From contig NC_043005.1 in the NCBI RefSeq assembly GCF_006345805.1, positions 55,180,001 through 55,244,000 of the forward strand: a DNA stretch of 64,000 nucleotides, written 5' to 3'. The first letter of the stretch is position 1. Each line of letters starts with the position of its first letter. Position numbers and translations under genes: made by a program. Under the pieces are notes generated by a model. It was given only the letters and a program-made list of their open reading frames with translations. It did no database searches and was not told the origin of the DNA. The stretch is from Octopus sinensis. Its lineage: Eukaryota. This document shows, piece by piece, positions 37,740-51,560 of the stretch.

Positions 37740-39260
37740 TTAGGTCCTATCACTTAACTGTAAGAAAAGCTACCAATTACTTCAAAGGAACCTTTTGTGG
37801 GTATTTCAAAGAAATTATTATCTGCTACTTAAGAATTCTATCTTCTCCATTAGTCTCCATGTGATCCCACTACATCTTGTTCATCCCTATTTTGCATTAA
37901 AATTTGTAGAATTTATATCTATACCTTTTTTTACTTATTGGTTTCAAATTTTGGCCTAAGGCTAGGAATTGGGGGGAGGGGGGGACAAGTCGATTGCATC
38001 AACTTTAGTACTGGTGCTTATTTTATCAACCCCAAAAGAATGAAAGGCAAAGAATTTGAACTCAAAGCATAAGGACAGATAAAATACCAGGAAGTATTTT
38101 GCCCAGCATGCATTAGCATGATTCTCCAGCTCACTACCTCATACCTTTTTTTTTACATATTGAACACATCCATTTCTCTAATGTTGAAAGGATCCATTCT
38201 TCTCTCCTGTTTTAATCTTTGATAAATTTACTTTGATTCTAGACTCTGCCTCCTTGTCTGGAATTTCTTCTCTTAACCTGCTACATGCTCAGTTATAAGG
38301 ACTGACTCATGGGCAAGCAGGGGTTCATATGGACCACCAGCTTTAAGCTCTTCTGTTATGGCTTGGAGCTCTACCACAAAAAGGCAGGTACAGATGACTA
38401 AGCTTTGATGGACTCCAACCTACACAATAAATTTATCTCAGCTTTCTGACTGCACCTCTATATATGGCTTGAATGGCTCTCACAAATCATTTGTCTACCC
38501 TTAGTTTTCTTACTGATCACCAGATTATAGAACATGGAACCCATTTAAAGCAAATGCATACTTTCTCCAGCTTTTACAGTTTTATTTGTAGTTCTTCTGC
38601 CACCATGTTACAGTCTGTGTTATTGAAACCCTGACCCAGTTACAGATCTGGTCTATGGCCCTCAACAGCTTATTCCATAAAACCTCTGTTCTAAGTTTCC
38701 ATCTCCAACTTCTTTTTTGTTAAATCTTTCATCTGGTACTTCTCTGAACTTCTAGCAGCTCTATGGCTCCATTTTTGTTTTCTCTCCAAACCAGCTGTCT
38801 TACATCTCTGATTTTATTTAGCCCTAATTCTGAAGTCACTAATTGCTAGTTTCTGTTCAGCAGGGAAAGATTTAGTATTCACAACCATCTGTTTAGCCTG
38901 TTTCTAGTTAGAATGAAGTCTTTCTGGCTTGTATGTTTGCTTGATTTCCAAGTGATTTGGTGGCTGGCTGCTTGGTTTGCTGAAGTTCATGTTGCGATTG
39001 TTTAGGTCACTTATATTGCAGGTCTCCAGAAACCTTGATTCCTCTTGGCTTTTCTTACCATATCTTTGATCTCCATTTACACCACAGCAGTCCTCAAGCT
39101 GTTATCCAACATATTCAATAAGGTCACCACCTGCAATAATGAAGGTGGAAGGGCTTCATAAATGCAGTCCTTCTGTTCATCTGCTAGCCCTGGCTGTGAT
39201 ACTTAGGCAGAAATAAATATTGCAGCCTATTGTCAATAATTAACCTAAGCTTACTTATTT
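37740..39260 (-). mobile_element. Decayed RTE LINE (APE endonuclease, RT, Cys-rich insert) interrupted by a family C SINE
   Basis: Minus translation: ISA*VSQPGLADEQKD...IIAGGDL...YGKKSQEESRFLETC (EN); LEK...VPCSIIW*SVRKLRVDK*FVRAIQAIY...VGVHQ...LQAITEEL (RT); KWMCSIC...RCSGIT.RLMEK. Confidence 0.85.
37935..38130 (-). mobile_element. SINE family C with about 20-bp TSD
   Basis: Flanks atacc(t)nacttattg (37921-37940) and atacc(t)nacatattg (38131-38152); tail gccaaaatttgaaaccaataa on the minus strand. Confidence 0.85.
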
Positions 39261-40262
39261 AATCACTCACTCTAACAACTTAAATTCTCTAATTATCACA
39301 TTTCTCTGCTAACTGTATACCTACTCCACCTACTTCCTTTGATATTACCTACCTAGAATTTTTTTTTTTTTTTTTTACCGTTCTTTGCCTACGATGAGTT
39401 TGACTGAAGGTCACCTTCCATCTTATTTCATGCACACATCTACTTGCCTCTGCTTTTGCATCTCTGCAATATTTTCTGAGACCTTTCATCATACCATTGA
39501 TGACAGCAGCAGCTCTGAAGTTTATCACCTCACAAAACGATGCAGGATTTCTGCAGGTGGCTAATTATTTGACTTTTGCATCTGAAAAGAATAAGAAAGC
39601 CAGTGCAATCATTTGCTGACAACCAGAACACCCTCCCACATGACTAGATGTTTCCTTTTTGATTGGTTTGCTATATTTCACCCATTCACTAACAATTTCT
39701 AGCATGCAATTATCATTATTATTATTATTGTTACTACTATTATTAACGTTGGGGTTGTTAGTCTAAGTCACATGATATGTTATATGTTAAGTGTTAGCAG
39801 TACAAGACCCCCAAAAAACAAAAATGCTGGTTACTAAGGGAATACATCATAATAGACATTCCAGAAATTTGCGGTGGGAAGTGGGTGCTCTGAGGATGAA
39901 CAATACATACTTTAGATTTTAGGCTATCACTATAAGACAGCAAGAAATGAAAACGATACAAACATTAATGATAAAACTAATGGATAGCAACATATATATA
40001 TATATATTACTAAATTGCTACATGACAAAGCAAACAAATACGATTAGCTTAACTTTCCATGGATGGAGCAACTTGCAAAGTCACGTGACATATACAGAGA
40101 AGGAAAGGAGACAGACAAATAGAGAGAAGGTGAGAGGGAGAGAGGACAAACAGCATACACTTTTGGTTTTAGGCTATCACTTTTAAGACAATGCGTATGA
40201 GATGTATTTTTCTTCAGTGTGCTTTGTATATGTGCATGTGTGTGTATATATACATATATTTA

Positions 40263-40304
<42 letters not shown>

Positions 40305-41542
40305 AATTTAATTGAACCACTGATCCAGTGGTTCAGTTTGCCACCCACTGATGTAATGTTGCATCTTTCATCTAACTCCATTTTGGTTAGTAATACAAAG
40401 GGAGCACAAATCAGGAACTCTTAACTTTTAGCTACATTCTGGACCACCTACAGAGTTGTGGTGCTTTAGTGAATTAAATATTGGTCTATAAATGAGCATC
40501 ATTAAAAGTTTGATGCACTCTCACTTGCCCAACCTTAAACTCTTTGAATATGGCAAACATGTGTGGTCAAACAAAATATTTCCTATGCTGCTTTTCTTTA
40601 TGCAAGTATTGCTTTCTGTTCCTATGTCAACCAAAATGCCGTTTAACAACAATACAAATGGCTTCATAGATTCCGCAGCCCTCAAAGAAAGTGTGTTTGT
40701 GAGTATGTGAGATTATTTAGTAGTTACTTCTCAAGCATAATTTGTAAACAACTTTCATAACAAATATATTCCATCAATTTCATTGTAGTTTGATATCTTG
40801 ATGCTATTTTCACTTTTTACATTTGTATATTTGTAAAAAGAACTACTTCAGTGCTTCTGAAAAAAAAAAAAAAAAACAGATTTATAATTAGTGCCTACTT
40901 ATTTATTTGGAAGACTCAAATTTTTCTTGATGTATGTAGTGAAATCGGTGTTCTTATATATTTAGTTTTCATTTCATTTGTTAATTACTCTAGAAAAAAT
41001 TGCCAGTAACTACTTTATTTATAGATTTTCTACAGCAATACATTTTGAAATCTTTATTTTATTTTATTTTACTTGTCACATTCTTTTTCTTTTCTTTCAT
41101 TTTTCTTCTTCATTGCTTCACAAACATTCACCATACATTAAATGGCTAATAGTCAATCCGAGTTATTGACTTCATTCAAAGACCAACGTAACTACACTTC
41201 AAGTCTATTGTTTTGTCTACATCCCATGACTTATTTCTCTTTTATCCAATTTATCTTACTCCACTGTATTATCAGTTCGACCAATTGTGCGATCAACCTT
41301 GTGAGAGGGAAAAAAAATCTATTTTCAGGTGGTGAATATTTGTTCAAATGCCAAAACTAGTCACATTTGATTCACTCTGTCTAACGCTGTGACTAGACAT
41401 TTTCAAAATACCAAGTGCCTTGTAAGAATGCTTTTGATCAGTAAAAACCACAGAAGTAAGCAGAAATAGAAGAGCAGATTGGCTTCTTATTAAAGAGAAT
41501 ATCGTTGTCATTGTATTTATTATTATTATTATCGTCATCATC

Positions 41543-42030
41543 AAGGCAGCAAGTTGGCAGAACTATTAGCACACCTGACAAAATGCTTAATGCCATTTTG
41601 TCTGTCCTTACATTCTGAGCTCAAATTTCACTGAGATCAACTTAGCTTTTCATCCTCTTGGATTTGATAAACTAAGTACCAGCTGATCACTGGCATCAAT
41701 GAAATTGACTTATCCCCACCCCAGAATTTCAGGTCTTGTGCCTGTGGTTGGAAGGATTATTATTATTACTACTACTACTAAGGCAGCAAGCTAGCAGAAT
41801 TGTTAGCACGCTGGACAAAATGCTTAGCACTTTTGTCTGTCACTACATTCTGAGTTCAAATTCCGCCAAGGTCAGCTTTATCTTTTATTCTGTCAGGGTC
41901 AATAAATTAAATACCAATTGAGTACTGGGAGTCAATGTAATCAACTATCCCCCTCCCCAAAATTTCAGGCCTTGTGCCTATAGTAGAAAAGATTACTATT
42001 ATTGTTACTACTACTACTACTGCTGCTACT
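41543..42030 (+). mobile_element. Two family C SINEs head-to-tail with (ATT)/(ACT) tails
   Basis: Units at 41543 and about 41779. Confidence 0.85.
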
Positions 42031-42294
42031 GTGATAGAGCATGCTAATTTAGTTAGGTATTTTATCTTGGTGTATGGTGACAACAAGTCTCTTCAAATCT
42101 CAAATTTGTGAACAGGTCTTAATGTATGCTTGCATCAGAGTGAAGTGTGCTAAAAGCACTGAAACTGCAAATGATCTTAAGCCAGGCAAAATGTTAGCTC
42201 TGCTTTTCTCACCTTTTACACACATGTGCTATCTACATGCAACCTAGTTCCTCCACCATTCTTCAGACACCAGTGCACAGCTACACCAGTTTTA

Positions 42295-42503
42295 TTTAAA
42301 CTGGCCATATCTGGCCAAAATATTTTATCTGTCTTGTGTTCAAACTGACTAGTTGTGACCTCTCACACCAACCTACAATGTCATTCCAAAAATATACAAT
42401 CACATCACTGAAATATCAAAGCTACTAGATAAGGCATGATTAATTCAAACCAATAAATAAGCATTACTTTTGACAGAATAATGTGAATGCTAAACAGCTA
42501 AGT
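42295..42503. mobile_element. Decayed copy of the TTAA MITE seen at 19947-20173
   Basis: Collinear similarity (cctctcacacc...tacaat.tcatt...gaatgctaaa). Confidence 0.65.
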
Positions 42504-43254
42504 TACCTAGAAAGCTGGCATCAATGCAGTAGAGTTAAAGTAGCACCTGCAAAACCCACTGTTTTCTTTTTTACCAGCAACACCAAAGGACACTAACTTA
42601 ACAACATAAACATACTACACACACAGACAACAAAAATACTAAGAGTTTCTTATAATTCCTCATAAAACATTCACGGTTCGCATAGAAGACATTAAAGAAT
42701 GTAAACATCACTCAGACATACTTAGGAAGGCATAGGTACTCTCCTCCACAATAGCCGCCACTGGAATTTATGATGACCGAGTAGTGGAGAGGGAGTCTGT
42801 CTAGCTTGTCATGCTGTTTATCAACGCATGTCAGAATGTTAAGTACAGTCCTCTGCTAGACAACAGAAACATGTATGCCATAAGACTGCTTGATTGGAGC
42901 TGACCTGGGGTTGCATAACAACAGCATGGTTTCTGTGTTTAGGTAGCATGTTATGTAAAGCTTTTTGGTTTTATTATTGTTTTCTATGTATTATGTCATA
43001 GAAGATCCCTGCAAGTGTAATGTTAATGATTTGATAAAGAATTTCACAGTCATAAACTACAATTCAGGGGAAAAAAAGAAATTATAAAAAAAAGAATTGG
43101 AAATGGATCTGACATCTAAAGCAACTGTTGTAGATATGTAAAGCTAATTGAATTGGTTATCAGACAGTAGGCTCAGATATGAAAGTTAAGGTTCTGTGCA
43201 AAGTTCCCAGTCAAGGCACATAGCTTTCAGTATACAAGCTAACAAGGGAGCTTG

Positions 43255-43402
43255 TATGAAGTTACTAGATGTGCTAGAAAAAGAAACCAAATATAAAGTT
43301 ACTAGATATGCTAGAAAGAGAAACCAAATACGAAGTCACTAGATGTATCAGGAAGAGAAGCCAAATATGAAGTCATTTGATGTGCTAGAAAACAAAGCAA
43401 AG
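43255..43402 (+). repeat. 37-bp minisatellite, four units
   Basis: Units at 43255, 43292, 43329, 43366; consensus tatgaagttactagatgtgctagaaagagaaaccaaa. Confidence 0.9.
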
Positions 43403-43740
43403 CCCACTTTACTGTCTTAAAAGAAGGATATATAAGATTTTGCAGTCCTATGTTCTCTAAGAATAGAATGGTCACATTCGGAATGCCTTTGGAATTAGAT
43501 CTGCTGAAACAACAACAGCAACATATTATACTAGCTATAGGAAAATGTCATGTAGGATACTGCATTCAACTGTAATTATCAAAGGAGGGTTACTGAGTGC
43601 TTCACTGAGTTTTTGTCAACAGGGACATCCAATTAGCCTTGCATGTAAATAAACCTTGATGTATTGTCATGAGTTATGATTGGTGAAGATGGAGGAAAGT
43701 AACTAATCAAATAGTGAAAAAAATTCTCAAAGTAGAATAA

Positions 43741-44083
43741 AAGGTAAAGGGTAAAGACCCCCTTTGGTCATGAATGATCAAGAGATTGCACCTACAAAGT
43801 TCCCCTCCAAGGCACAAGTCCGAGTAAGGTTGTTTATGGAAACAAAAACCAGCAGTTACCCATACATACCAACCTCTCCTCTCCACGCTACTAATGTTAT
43901 CCAAGTAAAAGGCAAAGTTCGATACAGTTTGGTACCAGTGATGTCGCAACTCATTTCTACAGATGACTGAACTGGAGCAATGTGAAATGAAGTGTCTTGC
44001 TCAAGAACACCACACAGTCCAGTCTAGGAATCGAACTCGCAACCTTATGATTGTGAGCTCAGTGCTCTAACCACTGAACCATG
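43741..44083 (-). mobile_element. SINE family B (same subtype as 10505-10770)
   Basis: aaaggtaaagggtaaag tail, gtgtcttgctcaag body, ggaatcgaac/ctaaccactga head. Confidence 0.85.
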
Positions 44084-45814
44084 GAAAAGGAAGTAGTAAA
44101 GTTCAAATTTCAAATTCCTTCCAAGATGCAGAAAATTTGTCCTTTATTTTTGTTGTCAGTATCATGTTGGTGTCTCAATTCCACTGAGACGCCATATCAA
44201 TTGCAGTTAATGGAAATTTTCATTCAGTGTTGAAATTTCATGAATATTACAAAATGTATTTGTTGAAAATTAGTGAAATCTCATCAGGACATCATAACAC
44301 CTATTATGAATCTATAATATGATTTTTTAAAATCAGAACCATCATGAACTATATATGCCATAGTTAAAGGCCTAAGCTACAGATTGAAATGATCAAAACA
44401 TTAACCGTTATTTATTGAAGCTCTCTTGTGAAGATGAGCAAAAATATTGCATCTTAAATGGACAGACTATATAAAAATTTGAGAGGTGATATCTGGAAAT
44501 CTTTCCTTCTGGGTTGCTGGTGATGATGATGGTGGTGGAGGTGGTGTGATAAAATAAGTATCCAATCGCTCAGATTTAGGCCTTATGATTATATAAGAAA
44601 CCAGTGTTAGGAAACTGAACTGAAGAATTATGGACTTTCTTTTTGTCTCCCATTCGTTTTAACATTCAGTATACGTTACATCGTTTGTTTATACATTTTT
44701 CATTTATGTGTGTGTGTGTGTGTGTGTGCATGCACACATGACGGACTTATTTCACCCATAAAGACTTCATTGGCTCAGGGCTAAAATAGAAGAGATTCAT
44801 TGTCCAAGGTGCCGCACTGTGAGACTAAGCCTGAAACCATGTGGTTTTGGAGGCAAACTTCTTCAATCGCCTATATGTGTAGCCTTAAGGTTTTTGAATT
44901 TCTACAGATGAAAGGAATGGGTTAAAATCATGGTCTAGGTAGAAGAAACATTTCCCATTTTGTGTTCCAGTCTCCTTTATATAGCTTGCGTTTGCTGAAT
45001 TTCTATAACTATCTGATAAAGTTGTTTACTTAATATCACAATGTACGCATATTATTTGAAGTCATTACTGTGACATGGAGTGAGGTGTAACTGCTGTTGA
45101 TGATGATGATGCTAATTACTCGATATAGCATTTTTCTGTTAGTTTTGTGCTTTATATTGAATGCAAATGTTTGCCAGTTTTTCTGTGGTTTATTTATTTT
45201 GCCTTGTTTCGTTGTTTGATGCTGGCTTTTATTTTGGTTGTGTGTGGTTTCGGTGTATTGTGTTTGAGGTTGTCTCTGGTTTTTATCAGATTAGCTATTT
45301 CTAGTGTTTAATTGGGGATTGTATTTTTTTTTTATATTTCCTTGTGTGGTACTTTTTCCTTTTTGTTTTGATGTGCCTATAATTATTTTGTCGAATGTAT
45401 GTACTACAGAATGGCTACAAATTGGCTGAGCTACTGGAGTGTTGGATAGAATGCCTTGCAGTGTTTGTTCCTGCTCTCTATGCCCTGAGTTCATATCACA
45501 CTGAGGTCAGTTGTGTCTTTCAGCCTTCCAGGCCTGATTAAACCATTAGTCATATATACGTACCAATACCCCCACTTTCTGTGTTGCATTGGGAGAAGGG
45601 TCAGTGAGATGGTGACTCCTTAGAAGGGTCTTGCAAGAGGCTAGCAACCTTTTCTCAGAGAAAAACTGATATAGTATTGGAAATGTCCAATGACAGACTG
45701 ATATGGAGTACAGCATAGAACAGAAATAGCGATGCGGTGTCTATGCTGGTAATAATGTTGTTTGCGAACCTTTGAAAACCTTGATTCCATTTCATGGCAG
45801 AACTCCTTCCGTTA

Positions 45815-46182
45815 TCTTTTATCTTTCACTTGTTTCAGTCATTGGATTGTGGCCCTGCTAGGGCACCACTTTGAATGGTTTAGTCAAACAAATCAACCCC
45901 AGTACATATTTTAAAGCCTGATACCTATTCTGTTGGTCTCTTCTGCCAAACTGCTAAGTTACTTCGACATGTAAAACAAAAACCAACCCTAGTTGTCAAG
46001 TGGGTAGGGGGAACAAACACACACAGACACACACACTTATACGCAACATGCTTCTTTGAGTTTTCTTCTACCAAATTTATCGACCCTGAAAGGAAGTCGA
46101 CCTCAGCAGAATTTGAACTCAGACACAATACCACTAAGCATTTCACCCGGCATGCTAATGTTTCTGCCAGCTCACCACCTTT
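45815..46182 (-). mobile_element. Family A tail (about 45815-46070) adjoining a family C fragment (about 46075-46182)
   Basis: Reverse-complement matches to both families. Confidence 0.7.
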
Positions 46183-47080
46183 AAAAGCCTGTAATATTGT
46201 TTAAAAGGCGGGTAATATTCTTCATATTATCACGATTAACAAGAAATCAATTGGAATACTTCTTTTTCTTTTACCTCCTCTAATTGAATACCATGGTCCT
46301 ATTAGTATTATATTTGCTGTCAAATCTAACTGCTACACTATTCTCTCTGTCTTGTTCTATTGGATAACAATGCTGTTTACTTTACAATTCTACTATAATG
46401 GCCTTTGCTCCTCAGAGCTGGCTGGTCATGTACCCTCACAACTTGGGCACCCCAATCCACTTGTCTCCCCACCTGTTATCATCTTTGGCGCAGCCAACTC
46501 CTCCTTTCTGCAGTAAACCTAATCCTATTCCAGCACATCAATCTCCTGGATTCTTCCCCCTGCTCATATCTTGCAAGCATTGGCCTGTAATAATTTGAAA
46601 TGGAATGTTATTAGTGTCAGTCTCACCTGTTTCAGTGAGATCGTGAACCCTTCTTACAGGCTTAACAAATTGGAAAACAAAATAAAATAACTCTGCCCCG
46701 CAGCTTTTTCACTCTTACCTCATAGCATATGCTTGGTTGTGCAAGAATCAGAAGTTAAATACATCACACTGAAATGTGGACTGTTAAGATGAGAGACAAC
46801 AAATTAGAGAAGTTAATGAATTAAAGCATGTTCACAAGGAATTCGAGAAACAAGCTTTGGTATGGCAATTATCTCTTACAAAATGATTATTTCCAAAGCT
46901 ATAGTTCTGTTACATAAAAATGTTGCATAAAATGATTGTGAAATGCATCAGGGTAATAGACAGACCTGTCACTTAACTAACTAGGAAAGAATTCTTATAC
47001 TAAATCATTCTGATTGGTTGTTACATGATAGGCATGCATCATGTCCATCGTATAAATTTATTAGGCTTCAACTTTCAAAT

Positions 47081-47304
47081 TCAACCCTTTAACTGTAAAA
47101 TTAAATTTCATGATTATTCCAATAATAGAATTGGTATTTTCTGCAAGTCACGTTGTCTCAGGATACTTGACATATCACAGCAAAGAATACTTTCAAATAT
47201 GACTGACATTCTCCCAACAACTGGTAGACTGATATATAAAATTGCTCTCTGCAGATAATGAAATTTTGAGTGGCGACATGTGGTTTCCACAGTAAAAGGG
47301 TTAA
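47081..47304. mobile_element. Second TTAA-type MITE family
   Basis: tcaaccctttaactgt vs reverse complement of the right end ttaacccttttactgt (14/16); interior unrelated to 19947-20173. Confidence 0.6.
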
Positions 47305-48103
47305 TCGATTGATTTTTTTTTTTTAAGTGGAATTTCCAATACAGAGGATTTTAACAGGATTCATAGAATAATATTTCTAATATTTATTCTTAGTCTTTCG
47401 TCTCTCCAACTAGGTCAGCACTGGTCTTACACTTGGGTCAGTTCAGTTGTTTGCCCCTACTTCATATGTAATTAGACCAGGTAGAAATGTATGAGACAGC
47501 AGAAAATGATAGAGACAGCCAGCGTAGTATATTAAAAGAACACTGAACTTGCTCATTACATCACGTTTAGTGTGTCCTTGTTCTGAAGTCAAATATCACA
47601 TTACCATTTTTTTGCAGCACATAAGTCAAATTTTTCAGATCAAAATTTACAGCCGCAAAAAAACCCCCAAAAAACTTATACATCAAGATGACTTTGGAGG
47701 GTCAACAATCCCATGGGAAATGCAGCAGGATTTGGATAGATAGCGACAATGTATGGATATTTGCACTATATGTTTATAGTATATACTACATTGACATGTA
47801 TGCCATAAAATATGGAGTATTGAAGGTCATTCAATAGAATACGTCAAATTCTCTGCAAGAAAAAAAAAAGTTAGCTTTGTACTTCGCCATAAGAAATCAA
47901 TATGTTGAAAAATACAAAACTGAAGGATTGAAATTTTTCATTCCAAATTCTTAGAAATAATTCAGAATTCTAGAATTGATTCATTATTTTGGTAGTATTA
48001 CTTGCTGTATTTATTGTTTTGTGATAAGCAAATATAAAACAAAATTATTTTTAATGTTTTTTAATCAGAATTCTTCAAAAGAAATTTAAATAACATTTTA
48101 AAC

Positions 48104-48413
48104 TTCTCTAAGTTATGGGAGCATAAACACACCAACACTTCAAATGGTGGCTGGGTGGGTGGGGGACAAACAAAGACATTCACATGTGTGTGTGTGTGTC
48201 TCATAAGCCTGGCATATATATATATCTATATACACATATATATATATATATATACATGACAGTCAACTTTCAGTTTCTGTCTACTAAATTCACTCATACA
48301 GCTTTGGTTGGCCCAAAGTTATAGAAGACACTCACCCAAGGTGTCACACAGTGGGACTGAACCTGGAACCATATGATTGGGAAGCAAACTTCTTACCATA
48401 GATCCATGCCTAT
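48104..48413 (-). mobile_element. SINE family A
   Basis: gctttggttggccc...cccaaggtgtcacacagtgggactgaacc. Confidence 0.8.
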
Positions 48414-50659
48414 GTCTTTGAAATTTCCCTTTTTTTAACTTTATTCACATTAATTCTAATGGTTTGTGTGAGAATGAGATAGAGAGACCCCTAATTTCTT
48501 CATTCTGTGACAAACACTTGAATCTGAGTGAGGTTATATTTCTCTGATACTGTTAAGCTTTGTCTGTCTTATCTTGTGAATTCCTTTATCTTTGTTTGCC
48601 CATGCTTATCATTGGAACCAAAGAAACACTTTACTCTTTTATTTTCATCAGAAATTCATTCAGTGACTCATTTTGTTCTTTCTGATCAGTTCTTTTACTT
48701 ATGCCATGCTACTTGACAGTATAATCCTCCTGGCATGCACATACATCCATATTCTCTCGGGTTCTGTATAAAGACAAAATAGTTTTCTGTTATCACTTTA
48801 ATCAAACATGCATTACACTATGTAATGAACTTTTTTTCTTTGTCTTTTGTCAGTAAGTGTTATTTCCTGTTTGTTTTTATCTAGAAATCAGAGGAAGTGA
48901 CTACTATTTCCTTCAAACTTAGCTTTTGTGACTTGGACATCAATGTTTTCAAACTGACCTGTTTTCCATTACACTTCAGACTGATTCGGTGCTGAGTTGC
49001 TGAAGCTGAAATATTGTTATAGCAAATATTCTGCTCAATATTACGCATTTGTTTGTCAGTTGCTTGACCTTAACCACTTGAGCATGTCCCTTAGAGGCTG
49101 ACAGTACATGCATCTCTGATCATGAGCAGGAGTAGTTGGGGAGCATCATAGCTATGTGTTGAGAGAGGGATTCTTTGGGGTTTGAATAAATGTAACAAAA
49201 GCAAAATTTGAAGGAAATACTAGCCACTTTTCATACTTTCTAGGGATAAGCAAATAAGAAATAACAGTTGCTACACAAGGACCAAAATCGTGTTACATAG
49301 TGTTATATGCTAAGTATTACCTTATAGTGAATTTGTCAGGTATAAAACACTGCAACCAATTGTCAAATGCTGATTGAAATCATTTCACTCCAAATACCTA
49401 GAAAATGTTATGAAAACATCATAACTTCTTGTTTCCATTTTTTTTTTGTTTTTTTTTTTTGTATTTTTGTCTCTCTACCATATTGGGGTTTTATGTCAAA
49501 ATAATGAATTTGAATCCTGGTTATTTTCATATTTAATTGATTAAGACTTTCTCTTATTCTTTTGCAGCATCCTCTCTTTCTCTCCCCTACACTTCTCTCT
49601 GTATGTCTGTGTGTGTATATATATATATGTATTTTATTTTGCTGACTTTCTTTTGTCTGTTCCAGGTGACCTACTACCTCAGTAATGGCTGATTCCTGGA
49701 GGAGTTGTCAGAACATTCTCAGTGGCGACATCACATGAGCACTGATTAGCAGCTGTTGATTAGTGCCCATAGGCAGGTTTTTATTATTGCCGTCACTAAT
49801 GGACTTTTAAGCATCTTGTTAATCAGGTTATTCTTTGCCATTGATGTGCAATGTTTATATATTTGTTCTTATTTTTTTTTTATGTGTATTTTAATTTATT
49901 AACTTATTTTTTATTGTCCCCCCACCCCCATTTCTCTCTGAATTAATTATACCCATGATGGGTTTCATATCAAACAAAGAAAAATTATTAAATAGTATTT
50001 CAGTGAGTTAATTTGCTATTTGTGTGGGTCAAAATGATGAAATCTAAATAATAAATGACAATAAAATTGTCGTTTATCCCAACACACACTGGCTGATCCA
50101 TATACGTAAATAAATAATTGAAACACTTCTGTAGAAACATTAGATCTTGAGCTAATAGGAGATGGCCGACACAGTAGAGCGCCGGACTAAATGCCTCACA
50201 GCATTTAGTTTCGTCCCTCTCCTTTCCATGTTTACAACACATCAAGTCAACTTGGCCTTTCGTGCTAGCTAGCGAAGGCTGATGAAGTGAGTACTGGTGT
50301 TATAATAGGCTCGATTATACTGTACTTCTTCCCCCCCCCCCACCATCCCCAACAAAAAAATGATGGCTCTGTGCCTAATCAAAGGAAATCAATATTCAGC
50401 CAAAATTTTCAATATCAACTAATATTGAGTTTTTCCCCCCACCCCCCACCCCACCCCTCTATTTCCTATCATTCTGACATCTCACTCACACAGTGATGAT
50501 ACAACCTATCTCTTGTCTGTTAACATACAGTATGTGTTTATTTACATACGTGTGTGTGTTATATATTTATATATATATATATATATATATATGTACGTGT
50601 TTGTGTGTGTATATATATATATATAGACATATACACATACATCTGTATGTACATATATA

Positions 50660-50694
<35 letters not shown>

Positions 50695-50826
50695 ATCGTT
50701 TTTTTTTATGTTTAAGAAGATATCAGTTTTTGTCACTTTTATATGCATGTGCTCAAATACCACATAACATTCTCAATACATACAAACATACACACACACA
50801 TATTAACATATATACATATATATACT

Positions 50827-50857
<31 letters not shown>

Positions 50858-51560
50858 ATTTTCTGGTACTCTTGGTTCCACCCACACCAATGCCAGATTA
50901 TCTGCACATAATAATACTTCTGGTTAAATTACTAGCAGAATTGAGATGACTGCTGCCACTTTGTTTAATAATTTTTTCACTGCTAAACTTTCTTGATACA
51001 CCTTTGTTTCTGCATTAGAAACTTCTTATAAAGTTGGAAACATTCACTCTAGATTTCAACCATAATAATATGAAAGTGCAAATATTTAAAAACTAAATCC
51101 ACTAATTGTCAATACCAAATCTAATGACCATACCTGGCCCTCTCTTGAAGTGTAACGATGAAAGGCATATATTTACCTTTTTTCTTTCTCACACTGGGAC
51201 ACTGTGAAGGTATGTTATCTTCTAACTTGCTCTTCACTGAGAGAGCATCCGGTGTTGTGTGTGGTATCAGTTTTGAGATTTAGATATTCGCATCTTTATA
51301 TTATTGTAAATAGGTGTAGGGAAAGTGTTTCCACCTTCGTGATAATGTTACAAGTGAATGAACAACAGTCTATCGTGGAAGCTTGGTAATGAAAGAATTG
51401 CTAATAATGGGCACTATAAATTTAAGTGTCTTCACGTAATTATGTCCAGATTAAAGGAGGTACCACATCGTTTATTGCCAAAACATTGCTACAGTACATG
51501 CGTTTAAATATATAAATATATATATATACATACACACACACATATATATATACATATATT

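Noticed and set aside
50255-50300. CTGATGA next to a gctagctagc palindrome, suggesting a hammerhead
   Set aside because: Lies in a decayed family C SINE core (gcctttc...aagtgagtactgg); no matching GAAA/stem arrangement.
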